Shown here: positions 53,266 to 61,862 of the stretch, one piece after another
How positions within the stretch are numbered: the stretch's first letter is position 1
Layout: each line of letters opens with the position of its first letter
Assembly: GCA_046052145.1 (NCBI GenBank)
Contig: JBJOMW010000018.1
Coordinates: forward strand, 974-64,973
DNA: 64,000 nt
Direction: 5' to 3'
Origin: Pseudomonadota bacterium
GTDB taxonomy: Bacteria; Pseudomonadota; Alphaproteobacteria; Acetobacterales; Acetobacteraceae
Program-made: the position numbers and the translations under genes
The notes under the pieces: model-generated
The model's input: the letters and a program-made list of their open reading frames with translations, nothing else
What the model was told of the DNA's origin: nothing
The model's database searches: none

Positions 53266-54201
53266 TTACGCGTCGTAGGCGACGCGGAAGCCCGTATGGC
53301 CAGCAGAGGTATCGGGGCTGCGCCCGGCGCGCGCGGCGATCCGGTAGCGGTAGCAGTAGCTGCGATGACAGAGGTAGGAGCCGCCCTTCATCACGCGCTC
53401 CCGCTCGGCCATCGCCGCCGCGTTCCGCTGCTTCGCAACGCCGGTGAGGGAGCGTACCCGGAACGCGTCAGCGCACCATTCCCAGACATTGCCGCAGGCG
53501 TTGAACAGGCCGTAGCCATTGGGCGCATATGCATCGACAGGGGCAGTTCCGACCCAGCCATCCGCCTGGGTGTTACGACGCGGGAACTCGCCCTGCCAGA
53601 TGTTGCACATCCCGTTGGTATCGTCGGGCTCGGCCGCGCCCCAGGGGAAGCGCGCCGCGTCGTTGCCCCCCTTGGCGGCATGCTCCCATTCGGCTTCCGT
53701 CGGCAGGCGGCCACCCGCCCAGGCCGCGAAGGCCGCGGCGTCGGCCCAGGCGACGTGAACGGCAGGATGGTCAAGGCGGTCCCCGATGGACGATCCCGGC
53801 CCCTCCGGCGCCGCCCAGAAGGCGCCCTGCACCTGGCCCCACCAGGGTGTGCCCTCAGGCGCGGGCGCTGCGATGCCGGCAGGGATGAAAGGACGGAAGA
53901 CATAGGACCAACCGAAGCGCTCGGCCTCCGTCACATGGCCCGTCGCGGCGACGAAGACGGCGAAGCGGCGGTTCGTGACCGCATGGGCATCCATGCGGAA
54001 GGGCCTGATCGTCACCCGCCGCGCCGGCCCTTCCCCATCGGCCCGGAAGACAGGCGCGTCGGTCCCGATCGTCGTGATGCCACCTGGGATCGGCACGATG
54101 ACCGCCACGTCGCGCGACGGGCTGGTCGCGCGCGGCACGATGGCAGGCGCGGGGCCCTGTGGCTCGCGTGCGCCATGCGGCACGCAGCAGGGCGGGCTCA
54201 T
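53266..54201 (-). CDS. Formylglycine-generating enzyme (SUMF1/FGE-sulfatase family)
   Basis: 311 aa. RLPTEAEWEHAAKGG, NGYGLFNACGNVWEWCAD, MKGGSYLCHRSYCYRYRIAARAGRSPDTSAGHTGFR. These are canonical FGE motifs. Confidence 0.9.
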   Translation of the reverse strand: MSPPCCVPHGAREPQGPAPAIVPRATSPSRDVAVIVPIPGGITTIGTDAPVFRADGEGPARRVTIRPFRMDAHAVTNRRFAVFVAATGHVTEAERFGWSYVFRPFIPAGIAAPAPEGTPWWGQVQGAFWAAPEGPGSSIGDRLDHPAVHVAWADAAAFAAWAGGRLPTEAEWEHAAKGGNDAARFPWGAAEPDDTNGMCNIWQGEFPRRNTQADGWVGTAPVDAYAPNGYGLFNACGNVWEWCADAFRVRSLTGVAKQRNAAAMAERERVMKGGSYLCHRSYCYRYRIAARAGRSPDTSAGHTGFRVAYDA

Positions 54202-54890
54202 CCGGCTTCCAACACCGCGAGCCGCGCGCGGCGCACCGCGACGAGGTGGCGCCGCATGGCCGCCCGCGCGGCGGTGGAATCGCCGGCCGCAATGGCCTCA
54301 GCGATCGCGGCGTGCTCGGCCAGGTTGTCGCGCCGCCGCGCCGGCGAGACAGAGAGGTCCGTCAATCGGCTGGCCAGCGGCGCGCCCTGGTCGCGCCACA
54401 GCACCGCGACAAGGCGCGCCAAGGCCGCATTGCCCGACGCCTCCGCAATGGCCAGGTGGAAGGCGCGATCCGCCTCGTCATCGGAGAGCCCCGCGGCGCG
54501 GGACGCGGCGAGCCGCGCGAAGGCCTCGGCGACCGCAGAACAGGCGGCGGCATCGCGGCGCGCGGCCAGCGCCGCGCATTCGGGCTCCACCACCGCGCGC
54601 GCGTCCAGCACGTCGAAGGGGCCCGGCGCATCAGCCGCGGCACCGGGCGGCGCCGGCGCAGGCGCGCGCACATAGACGCCGGAGCCGCCGCGCACCTCGA
54701 CCAGCCCTTCGAGTTCGAGCGCGATCAGCGCCTCTCGCAGGGACGGCCGGCTGACGTTGAGCCGCGTCGCGAGGTCGCGCTCGCCCGGCAAGCGGCTGCC
54801 GGGCGGCAGGTCGCCGCGCGCGATCATCGCCGCAAGCTGCTCGGCGATGCGGCGGAACAGGCGGCGTGGCTCGATGGGCTCGAAGGGCAT
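54198..54890 (-). CDS. GntR-family (FadR/FCD subfamily) transcriptional regulator
   Basis: Start MPFEPIEPRRLFRRIAEQL at 54890 (track ORF extended to 55118). Motifs: LPGERDLATRLNVSRPSLREALIALELEGLVEVRGGSGVYV. ATGA overlap with the FGE gene. Confidence 0.85.
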   Translation of the reverse strand: MPFEPIEPRRLFRRIAEQLAAMIARGDLPPGSRLPGERDLATRLNVSRPSLREALIALELEGLVEVRGGSGVYVRAPAPAPPGAAADAPGPFDVLDARAVVEPECAALAARRDAAACSAVAEAFARLAASRAAGLSDDEADRAFHLAIAEASGNAALARLVAVLWRDQGAPLASRLTDLSVSPARRRDNLAEHAAIAEAIAAGDSTAARAAMRRHLVAVRRARLAVLEAG

Positions 54891-55000
54891 TCCGGTTGGC
54901 GACCTCGTTGACAAAGGTTTCGCACCCTGGCCAGCATGGATCAACTGGTCAGGCCACCTTGCCAAATAGGGCGGCAGAGACAAGACCACAGGAGGACGCG

Positions 55001-55996
55001 ATGCCAGACGCGATGCGCACCCATCGCCGCACGATGCTGCGTGGCCTGCTGGCCGCCGCCCCGGCACTCGCACTGCCGGCCGTCGCGCGCGCACAGGGCG
55101 AATGGCCCAGCCGATCACTTCGCATCGTCGTGCCCTTCGCGCCCGGCGGCTCCTCCGACGTCTCGGCGCGGCTGGTCGCCAACCATCTCTCCGTTAGGCT
55201 CGGCCGGCCGGTGGTGGTGGAGAACCGCGCGGGCGCCGCGACGGTCATCGGCACGCACGAGGTCGCGCGGAGCGCAGCGGATGGCTACACGCTGCTGCTG
55301 ACGCCGCCGCCCTTCGTCATCACGCAATTCGCTTATCCGAACCTGCCCTACGACCCGGTGCGCGACTTCCGTCCCGTCGCACTGCTGGTGCTGGCACCCA
55401 ACGCGCTGGTGGTGCGCGCCGACCTGCCGGCGCGCAACTTCGCGGAGTTCGTCGCGCTGGCGAAGGCGCGGCCCGGCGCGCTGAACTATGCCTCGCCCGG
55501 CAACGGGTCCCTACCCCATGTGGCGTTCGAACTGCTGAAGCTGCGCGCCGGCATCGAGGTAACGCATGTCCCCTATCGCGGTGGTGGACCGGCGGTGGCG
55601 GACCTCGCCGCGGGGCGCGTGGACGCGATGATCGCAAGCCCGCTCGAGGCTGCGGGCCAAGTGCAGGGTGGGCGCGTCCGGCCACTGATGGTCGCTGGTA
55701 GCCCGCGCATCGCCACCTGGCCGGAAGTGCCGACCGCTGACGAGGCCGGCCTTCCGGGCTTCGCGGCGCCAGGCTGGTTTGGGATCTCCGCGCCGGCCGG
55801 CGTGCCCAATGCGATCGTCGCCCGGCTGAACGCGGATATCCGCGCCGTGCTCGCGCTCGAGGAGGTACAGGCGCGGCTCAGCGACCTAGGCGCGGCAGCC
55901 GCCCCCGGCAGCCCCGAGGACTTCGCCCGGCTTCTCGACGCGCAGCGCGCGCAATGGGCAGACGCGGTGCGCGTTGCTCAGGTGCGGGTCGAATGA
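55001..55996 (+). CDS. Bug/TctC-family substrate-binding protein
   Basis: Start MPDAMRTHRRTMLRGLLAAAPALALPAVARAQ at 55001, with CAGGAGGA upstream. Motifs: WPSRSLRIVVPFAPGGSSDVSAR, ENRAGAATVIG, ADGYTLLL, HVPYRGGGPA. Confidence 0.9.
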   Translation: MPDAMRTHRRTMLRGLLAAAPALALPAVARAQGEWPSRSLRIVVPFAPGGSSDVSARLVANHLSVRLGRPVVVENRAGAATVIGTHEVARSAADGYTLLLTPPPFVITQFAYPNLPYDPVRDFRPVALLVLAPNALVVRADLPARNFAEFVALAKARPGALNYASPGNGSLPHVAFELLKLRAGIEVTHVPYRGGGPAVADLAAGRVDAMIASPLEAAGQVQGGRVRPLMVAGSPRIATWPEVPTADEAGLPGFAAPGWFGISAPAGVPNAIVARLNADIRAVLALEEVQARLSDLGAAAAPGSPEDFARLLDAQRAQWADAVRVAQVRVE

Positions 55997-57480
55997 TGAC
56001 CGACACCGCGCGCGGAGGACGCCCCAACATCCTCTGGATTTGCACAGACCAGCAGCGCTGGGACACGGTCGGTGCGCTCGGCAATCCGCATATCCGCACG
56101 CCCGCGGTGGATGGGCTTTGCCACGGCGGAACGGCATTCCGGCGCGCCTACACCCAGTCGCCGATCTGCACGCCCTCGCGTGCCTCGATGCTCACGGGGC
56201 GCTATCCGGCAAGCCACCATGTCTATCGGAACGGCAATGCCTTCTTTCCGCCGGGCGAAGTGCTGGTGACGAAGCTGCTGGCCGATGCGGGGTATGATTG
56301 CGGCCTGATCGGCAAGCTGCACCTCTCGGCGGCCAAGTACCACGAGAAGCGCACTGACGACGGCTACCGCGTTTTCCATTGGAACCACCACCCGACACCG
56401 GACGCCGCGCGCGGCGATGCCTATGAACACTGGCTCCGCCACGAGAAGCGCGTGGACCCGCAGGCGCTCTATCGCGACAAGGGCGCCTTCTGCGGCCCCG
56501 GCGTGCCGGCGGAGTTCCACCAATCCACCTGGTGCGGCGAGATGGCGGTGCGCTTCGTCACCGACCGGCGCGACGGCCCCTGGTGCCTTTCGCTCAATTT
56601 CTTTGACCCGCACGCCCCCTTCGACGCGCCGCCAGAGGCGCTGGCGCGGATGGATGCATCGAAGCTGCCACTGCCGCTGTGGCGGCCTTCGGATGCCGAG
56701 CGCTGGCGCGACTTCGAGCGCGTGGACCAGCAGCAGAAGAAGCCGGTGGACCCGACCATCCGCCGTACCGCCGCCCCTGCCCCACCGCCCGCAGTGCGGG
56801 ACCACGACAAGGTCGCGAGCCACGTGCCCGAGGATTACGACGCGCTCCAGGTCAAGGCGAACTACTACGCGATGATCGAGCACATCGACGCGCAGGTCGC
56901 GCGCATCCTGGACGCGCTGCGCGCCACCGGGCAGCTCAAGAACACGATCATCCTCTACCATTCCGACCATGGCGAGATGCTCGGCGACCATGGCCTCGTG
57001 CTGAAGGGCTGCCGCTTCTTCGACGGGCTGGTGCGCGTGCCGATGATCTGGTCTTGCCCCGGGCGCTTCCGCCAGGACCTCGCAAGCGACGCGCTGGTGG
57101 AGCTGGTGGATATCGCCCCCACCCTGCTCGACGCCGCCGGGCTCGAGGTGCCGTGGTTCATGCAGGGCCGCTCGCTGCTGCCGATCCTGGAAGGCCGCGC
57201 CGACCCGCATGCGCACAAGACGCATGTTGTCAGCGAGTTCAAGGACAGCATCGGCGGGCATCCCGACCACAGCCATGGCTCGATGGTCTTCGACGGGCGC
57301 TTCAAATCGGTCGTCTATCACGGCCACCAGGTCGGCGAGATCTTCGACCATGCGAGCGACCCGGGCGAGTTCGACAACCTCTGGCATGATGCGCCGCTGC
57401 GCGCCGATCGGCTGAAGGCGCATCTCGATGCGCTGGCCGCGACGATCAGCGCCGGGCCGCCGCGCGGCGCGCTCTACTGA
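55993..57480 (+). CDS. Cys-type sulfatase (arylsulfatase family), no signal peptide
   Basis: The N-terminus goes straight into RPNILWICTDQQRWD. FGly motif SPICTPSRASMLTGRYP (CxPxR). Motifs: LIGKLHL, ILYHSDHGEMLGDHG. ATGA overlap with the upstream TctC. Confidence 0.9.
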   Translation: MMTDTARGGRPNILWICTDQQRWDTVGALGNPHIRTPAVDGLCHGGTAFRRAYTQSPICTPSRASMLTGRYPASHHVYRNGNAFFPPGEVLVTKLLADAGYDCGLIGKLHLSAAKYHEKRTDDGYRVFHWNHHPTPDAARGDAYEHWLRHEKRVDPQALYRDKGAFCGPGVPAEFHQSTWCGEMAVRFVTDRRDGPWCLSLNFFDPHAPFDAPPEALARMDASKLPLPLWRPSDAERWRDFERVDQQQKKPVDPTIRRTAAPAPPPAVRDHDKVASHVPEDYDALQVKANYYAMIEHIDAQVARILDALRATGQLKNTIILYHSDHGEMLGDHGLVLKGCRFFDGLVRVPMIWSCPGRFRQDLASDALVELVDIAPTLLDAAGLEVPWFMQGRSLLPILEGRADPHAHKTHVVSEFKDSIGGHPDHSHGSMVFDGRFKSVVYHGHQVGEIFDHASDPGEFDNLWHDAPLRADRLKAHLDALAATISAGPPRGALY

Positions 57481-57482
57481 CG

Positions 57483-58460
57483 ATGGCAGGAAAGAACCGA
57501 ATGATGCGACGCCGCAGCCTCGGACTGCTCGCCGCCACGACGCTGGCCGCGCCCTTCGCGGCGCGCGCGGCCTGGCCGGAGCGCTCCGTGACCGTCATCG
57601 TCCCCTACCCACCGGGCGGGAACAACGACATCCTGGCCCGGCTTCTCGCCCCCGCCGTGGAACGGGAGATCGGCCAGCCGCTGGTGATCGACAACCGCGG
57701 CGGCGGGGGCGGCACGATCGGCTCAGGCCAAGCTGCGCGCGCGACGCCAGACGGCCACACCGTGCTCTTCGCGGATATCGGCATCCTCGCGATCGCGCCG
57801 CACCTCTTCGCCTCGCTGCCCTTCGGTCCGGACAGCTTCGCCCCGGTGATCCGCCTGACAGAGGTTTCTCTGCTGCTGGGCGTGCCGCGCGAAAGCCCTC
57901 ACCGGAGCGTCGCCGACCTCGTCGCCGCAGCCCGCGCGCGGCCAGAGGCGCTGAACTTCGGCACGCCCGGCCCAGGCACCGCCGGACATCTCGCCACGCA
58001 GATGCTGCTGAGCATGACCGGCACGCGCATGACGCATGTGCCCTTCCGCGGCAGCGCGCCAGCGGCGCAGGAACTCGTCGCGGGCCGCATCGACCTGCTG
58101 ATCGACGGCACGCTGCTGCCGGCGGTGCAACAGGGCAGCATCCGCGCGCTGGCGGTGACGGGTGGCACTAGGAGCCCCTTCACGCCAGAGCTGCCGACCG
58201 TCGCGGAGGCTGGGGTGCCGGGCTATGCCTTCGCCTCCTGGCACGGCGTCGTGGCGCCGCGCGGCACACCGCCCGAGGCGATTGTGCGGCTTAACACCGC
58301 CTTCAACGCCGCGCTGCGCGACGCGACGGTGCAGGCCCGAGCGCGCCAGCTCGGCCTGCCGCTGACTGGCGGCACGGCGGCTGATTTCGCCGCCTGGATC
58401 CTTGCAGAGCGCGCGAAGTTCGGGCCGCTGGTACAGGCCTCGGGAGCGCGCGTAGAATGA
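57483..58460 (+). CDS. Bug/TctC-family substrate-binding protein
   Basis: 325 aa. WPERSVTVIVPYPPGGNNDILAR, DNRGGGGGTIG, TPDGHTVLF, HVPFRGSAPA. Confidence 0.9.
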   Translation: MAGKNRMMRRRSLGLLAATTLAAPFAARAAWPERSVTVIVPYPPGGNNDILARLLAPAVEREIGQPLVIDNRGGGGGTIGSGQAARATPDGHTVLFADIGILAIAPHLFASLPFGPDSFAPVIRLTEVSLLLGVPRESPHRSVADLVAAARARPEALNFGTPGPGTAGHLATQMLLSMTGTRMTHVPFRGSAPAAQELVAGRIDLLIDGTLLPAVQQGSIRALAVTGGTRSPFTPELPTVAEAGVPGYAFASWHGVVAPRGTPPEAIVRLNTAFNAALRDATVQARARQLGLPLTGGTAADFAAWILAERAKFGPLVQASGARVE

Positions 58461-59938
58461 GCGCGCGTCCCAACATTCTCTTTGTCACAGTTGACCAGTG
58501 GCCGGCTTCGATGACCGGCTATGAGGGCCATCCGGCGGTGCTGACGCCGACCCTCGACCAGCTGGCGCGGAACGGCGTGCGATACTCCCGCACCTACACG
58601 GAATGTCCGATCTGCATCCCGGCGCGGCGGACCATGATGACGGGCACCACGGCACGCCAGCACGGCGACCGTAGCTTTGACCCAGCGCTCCGCATGCCCG
58701 ACCTGCCGACGCTGCCCGCGATCCTGCGGCAGGCCGGCTATCAGGCGACCGCGGTCGGCAAGCTGCATGTCTATCCCCCGCGGGACCGCATCGGCTTCGA
58801 TGAGGTCCATCTGGCCGAGGAAGGCCGGCCGCATCTCGGTGGTCCCGACGACCACGACATCTACATCGCCGACGAGGGCTTCCCTGGCCGCGGCTTCGAC
58901 CATGGGATGAACAACAACGACTATCTCTGGCGCCCCTGGCACCTGCCGGAGCATTGCCACGTCACCAACTGGACGACGTGGCGGATGTGCCGCGAGATCA
59001 AGCGGCGCGACCCAACGCGGCCCGGCTTCTGGCACCTGTCCTACACCGCGCCACACCCGCCGCTGATCCCGCTGCAGGGCTACCTCGACATCTATCGCGA
59101 TGCCGCGCTCGCCCCCCCGCCCATGGGCGACTGGGCGCGCGATGAGGCGGCGCAGCCCTATGCGCTGCGCGCCGTGCGCGACTACTGGGCGCATGTGAAG
59201 CCGCAGCATCTTCTGGGCATCCAGCGCGCTTTCATGGCGCTCTGTACGCATATCGACCACCAGCTGCGCCTCGTCATCGGCACGCTGCGCGAGGAAGGGC
59301 TGCTGGACGACACGGTCATCCTGTTCACCGCAGACCACGGCGACATGCTGGGTGGGCACGACCTCTGGGCCAAGCGGCTCTATTACGAGGACAGCGCGCG
59401 GGTGCCGACCATCCTGATAGGGCCGAAGGGTGATCAGCGCACGAAGCCGGGCAGCGTGGACGACCGGCTGGTGGGCCTAGCCGACGTGATGCCAACGTTG
59501 CTCGACTTCGCGGGTGTGGAGGTTCCCAACCACGTCGAGGGTCTTTCCATGGTGGGCGCGCGAAAGCGCGATGTGCTTCTCGGTGCCTGCCGCGAGGACG
59601 CGAATGCGACGCGCATGGCGACGGAGGGGCGCTACAAGCTGCTCTGGTATCCCTGCGGGAACGTCATTCAGCTCTTTGATCTGAAGGAGGACCCGCAAGA
59701 GTTGCACGACCGCGCAGAGGACCCCGCGCTCGCCGCAGTGCGGGCCCGACTCGAGGCAGCGCTGGTCGACGGCGCCTGGGGCGCTGATCTCGACTGGATC
59801 AGTGATGGAAGGCTGGTCGGCATGACGGCGCGCGACTTCGTAGGCCAGGCCAATCGGGGTCTTTCAGGTCAACGCGGCCACCATTACCCGCCGCCGCCCA
59901 TCGTCGGTGCAGACGTCGTGGTGGGCACGCCTGGCTAG
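58457..59938 (+). CDS. Cys-type sulfatase, no signal peptide
   Basis: MSARPNILFVTVDQWP. FGly motif CPICIPARRTMMTG (CxPxR). Motifs: AVGKLHV, LFTADHGDMLGGHD. ATGA overlap with the upstream TctC. Confidence 0.9.
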   Translation: MSARPNILFVTVDQWPASMTGYEGHPAVLTPTLDQLARNGVRYSRTYTECPICIPARRTMMTGTTARQHGDRSFDPALRMPDLPTLPAILRQAGYQATAVGKLHVYPPRDRIGFDEVHLAEEGRPHLGGPDDHDIYIADEGFPGRGFDHGMNNNDYLWRPWHLPEHCHVTNWTTWRMCREIKRRDPTRPGFWHLSYTAPHPPLIPLQGYLDIYRDAALAPPPMGDWARDEAAQPYALRAVRDYWAHVKPQHLLGIQRAFMALCTHIDHQLRLVIGTLREEGLLDDTVILFTADHGDMLGGHDLWAKRLYYEDSARVPTILIGPKGDQRTKPGSVDDRLVGLADVMPTLLDFAGVEVPNHVEGLSMVGARKRDVLLGACREDANATRMATEGRYKLLWYPCGNVIQLFDLKEDPQELHDRAEDPALAAVRARLEAALVDGAWGADLDWISDGRLVGMTARDFVGQANRGLSGQRGHHYPPPPIVGADVVVGTPG

Positions 59939-60040
59939 AGCAATATGCGTTCGGAAACATCTGAACGCATTTCTTGTTCTACGTTTAAAGACTTCTAGAG
60001 CACGAGCTGCGTTCAAGCGAACGCAGCGTGTCTTGGCGCC
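59936..60040. repeat. Two tandem TAGAGCA-initiated palindromic mini-units (IS630-IR-like, MITE-like)
   Basis: Unit 1 is TAGAGCAATATGCGTTC-N10-GAACGCATTTCTTGTTCTA (59936-59981). Unit 2 is TAGAGCACGAGCTGCGTTC-aagc-GAACGCAGCGTGTCTTGG (59996-60036). Unit 1's first 17 nt match the IS630-type IR at 33814 in 13 of 17 positions, by my manual alignment. Confidence 0.6.
59945..59980 (+). terminator. Terminator-like hairpin after the second sulfatase (same sequence as mini-unit 1)
   Basis: ATGCGTTC (59945-59952) pairs with GAACGCAT (59963-59970), followed by TTCTTGTTCT. Confidence 0.5.
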
Positions 60041-60075
60041 AAATTCCGCAGCGTAGACCCGGAGTGCCCGGCAAC

Positions 60076-60190
60076 ATGTCCGATCTGCGCGGCGCGCTGG
60101 AGGCGCTGCTGGCCAACCGCCACCTTGAGCGCGCCGGCACGGCCCAACTGGCGCCACTGCTGTTGGGTGACCTCGCGTCGATGGTATGCG
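60076..60190 (+). pseudogene. Possible 5' fragment of an unidentified gene
   Basis: MSDLRGALEALLANRHLERAGTAQLAPLLLGDLASM... has GC3-rich, coding-like codons for about 35-40 codons. Coding character then decays and the frame runs into the class-1 repeat. The full 99-aa track ORF 60028..60327 is not credible as a gene. Confidence 0.3.
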
Positions 60191-60224
60191 CGGCCGGTGT
60201 GGGTGGCGCTGGAAACGCGCAAAG

Positions 60225-60246
60225 CCCACCCGGTGACCCGGATGGG
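60225..60246 (-). terminator. Terminator-like hairpin, better paired on the minus strand
   Basis: On the minus strand, CCCATCCGG-gtca-CCGGGTGGG forms 9 bp including one U-G wobble. The same position is a C-A mismatch on the plus strand. It is followed by CTTTGCGCGTTTCC. Confidence 0.45.
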
Positions 60247-60274
60247 CTAGTGATGTTCCTAGGTTCGGCGAAAG

Positions 60275-60328
60275 GAGATGCGGGGACAGGAAGCCACCGA
60301 CAGTTGCTGATCGCGTGCCGGGGCTGAG
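60275..60328. repeat. Intergenic repeat, class 1 (copy D1)
   Basis: AGATGCGGGGACAGGAAGCCACCGACAGTTGCTGATCGCGTGCCGGGGCTGAG. 47 of 53 positions are identical to 17114-17166. Confidence 0.85.
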
Positions 60329-60340
60329 TTTCAGAAATTC

Positions 60341-60466
60341 AGGGATACGGGGATGCGCAACCGACGCTTCCGATACGTCGACGCAACGCTCCGAAGCACG
60401 CAGGCACAGCCCAACCGCACGTCCAAAGCCGGCGCCATGAGAAGCACCCTCCTTCAGGGAAAAGAG
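60341..60466. repeat. Intergenic repeat, class 2 (copy D2), directly abutting copy D1
   Basis: AGGGATACGGGGATGCGCAACCGACGCTTCCGATACGTCGACG...GAAGCACGCAGGC...CCGCACGTCCAAAGCCGGCGCCATGAGAAGCACCCTCCTTCAGGGAAAAGAG. Aligns with copies B and C. The last ~12 nt overlap the stop codon of the minus-strand amidohydrolase. Confidence 0.75.
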
Positions 60467-61773
60467 TGCCCAGGTGTTTGGTCCCGGGGTGGCACCTCGC
60501 ATGACCACTTGGCCGCACGCATCTCCGCGATCAGCCCCGCCTCCTCAGTGCCGACCAGCGCATGTGCGCGCTTGCGGATCACGCCGTCCACAATCACATC
60601 GCGCACGCTGCGCGGCGAGGCGCTGTAGACCACATTTGCCGCCAGGTCGTGCGCTGGCGCCATCTCCAGCCGGTCGAGGTCGAGCACGATAAGGTCGGCC
60701 CGCTTGCCGACCTCCACACTGCCGACGAGGTGATCGAGGCCGAGGACGCGCGCGCCTTCGATCGTCATCATCCGCAGCATCGTTCGGACCGGGAGCGATG
60801 TAGGATCGCCGGCGTGCATCTTGCCGACCAGCGCGGCGAGCCGCGCCTCCCAGAACATGTCCATGCTGTTGTCGGTCGCGGTCCAGTCGGTGCCGAGCCC
60901 CACCGGCACGCGCCCTACGAAACGATGCAGCGCGATGGTACGCGCCTCGATCTTCAGGTTGCTTGCCGGACAATGGGCGATCGCGGTGCCGTCGGCACAC
61001 CAGCCCTCGATCTCGGCCTCGTCGAGATAGATGGCGTGTGCGGCGACGACATCGGGGCCGGTCAGCCCCGCGCGGCGCAGGCAGGCGAGCGCGCCGCCAT
61101 GGCCCCGCGCGCGCACCGCCGCCACCTCGGGCGCGCATTGCGCGACATGCAGGAAGATACGCGCCCCCGCCTCCCGCGCGCGCCGTGCGCACTCAGCCAG
61201 CAGCGCGTCAGAACAGCTGTCGAGCGCATGCGGCGCGATGCCTGCCGTCACGCGCGATGCGGAAGGGTCGGTGCCGTAGCGCGCCAGCAGCCGCTCCGTT
61301 TCAGGCCAGGCCTCGGTGGCGCGAGCGTCGGTGATGGTGCTGCCGACGATGGCGCGCAGTCCGCTAGCCTCGATCACCGGGGCAAGCTGGTCCATCCGCG
61401 CCAGGCGGTCGGCGATGCATGTCACGCCATTGGCGAGGAACTCCGCACATGCCGCGCGCAACGAGAGTTCGTAGTCGGCCGGACCGAAGCGCGCCTCGCC
61501 GGGCACCTTGTAGGCGCCGGCCCAGAATTCACGCGGCAGGTCCTCGGCAAGGCCGCGGAACAGGGCCGTCGCAGCGTGGGTGTGGACGTTGACGAGACCC
61601 GGCATGACCAAGCCGCGGCTGCAATCCAGCACCTCGTCGCCAGGCTCCGCGAGCATGCCGCCGGGCCCGATCGCGACGATCGCGCCAGCCTCCATGCGAA
61701 GGTCCACGTCACGCAGTAGCCGGTCCGCGGCGTCCACGGTCAGCACCGTCGCGGCTTGCAGCACCAGGGCCAT
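60454..61773 (-). CDS. Amidohydrolase, TRZ/ATZ / cytosine-guanine deaminase-like family
   Basis: Start MALVLQAATVLTVDA at 61773 (track 61815). Motifs: LVMPGLVNVHTHAA (HxH), FLHVAQ, VAAHAIYL, GLGTDW. Confidence 0.85.
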   Translation of the reverse strand: MALVLQAATVLTVDAADRLLRDVDLRMEAGAIVAIGPGGMLAEPGDEVLDCSRGLVMPGLVNVHTHAATALFRGLAEDLPREFWAGAYKVPGEARFGPADYELSLRAACAEFLANGVTCIADRLARMDQLAPVIEASGLRAIVGSTITDARATEAWPETERLLARYGTDPSASRVTAGIAPHALDSCSDALLAECARRAREAGARIFLHVAQCAPEVAAVRARGHGGALACLRRAGLTGPDVVAAHAIYLDEAEIEGWCADGTAIAHCPASNLKIEARTIALHRFVGRVPVGLGTDWTATDNSMDMFWEARLAALVGKMHAGDPTSLPVRTMLRMMTIEGARVLGLDHLVGSVEVGKRADLIVLDLDRLEMAPAHDLAANVVYSASPRSVRDVIVDGVIRKRAHALVGTEEAGLIAEMRAAKWSCEVPPRDQTPGHSFP

Positions 61774-61862
61774 CGCATCCTCACCGGCGGTCGGCCCACA
61801 GCCGAGCAACGACACCGCGGCCGGTCAAGCTGGCCTGATTTCGGCGCCGCGCGTGCGCATTT

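Noticed and set aside
55978-59359. Minus-strand ORFs of 481 aa (55978..57423) and 378 aa (58223..59359)
   Set aside because: They are antisense to the two sulfatase genes and the TctC gene, all of which carry unambiguous motifs.
60028-60327. 99-aa plus-strand ORF as an intact gene
   Set aside because: Only the first ~35-40 codons after the internal ATG at 60076 look coding. The rest runs through a hairpin and the class-1 repeat, where the twin copy at 17 kb is clearly non-coding.
43384-60466. CRISPR-like array formed by the GATGCGGGGAC repeats
   Set aside because: The copies are kilobases apart and imperfect. Their lengths differ, they are not interspaced by regular spacers, and no cas genes are present.
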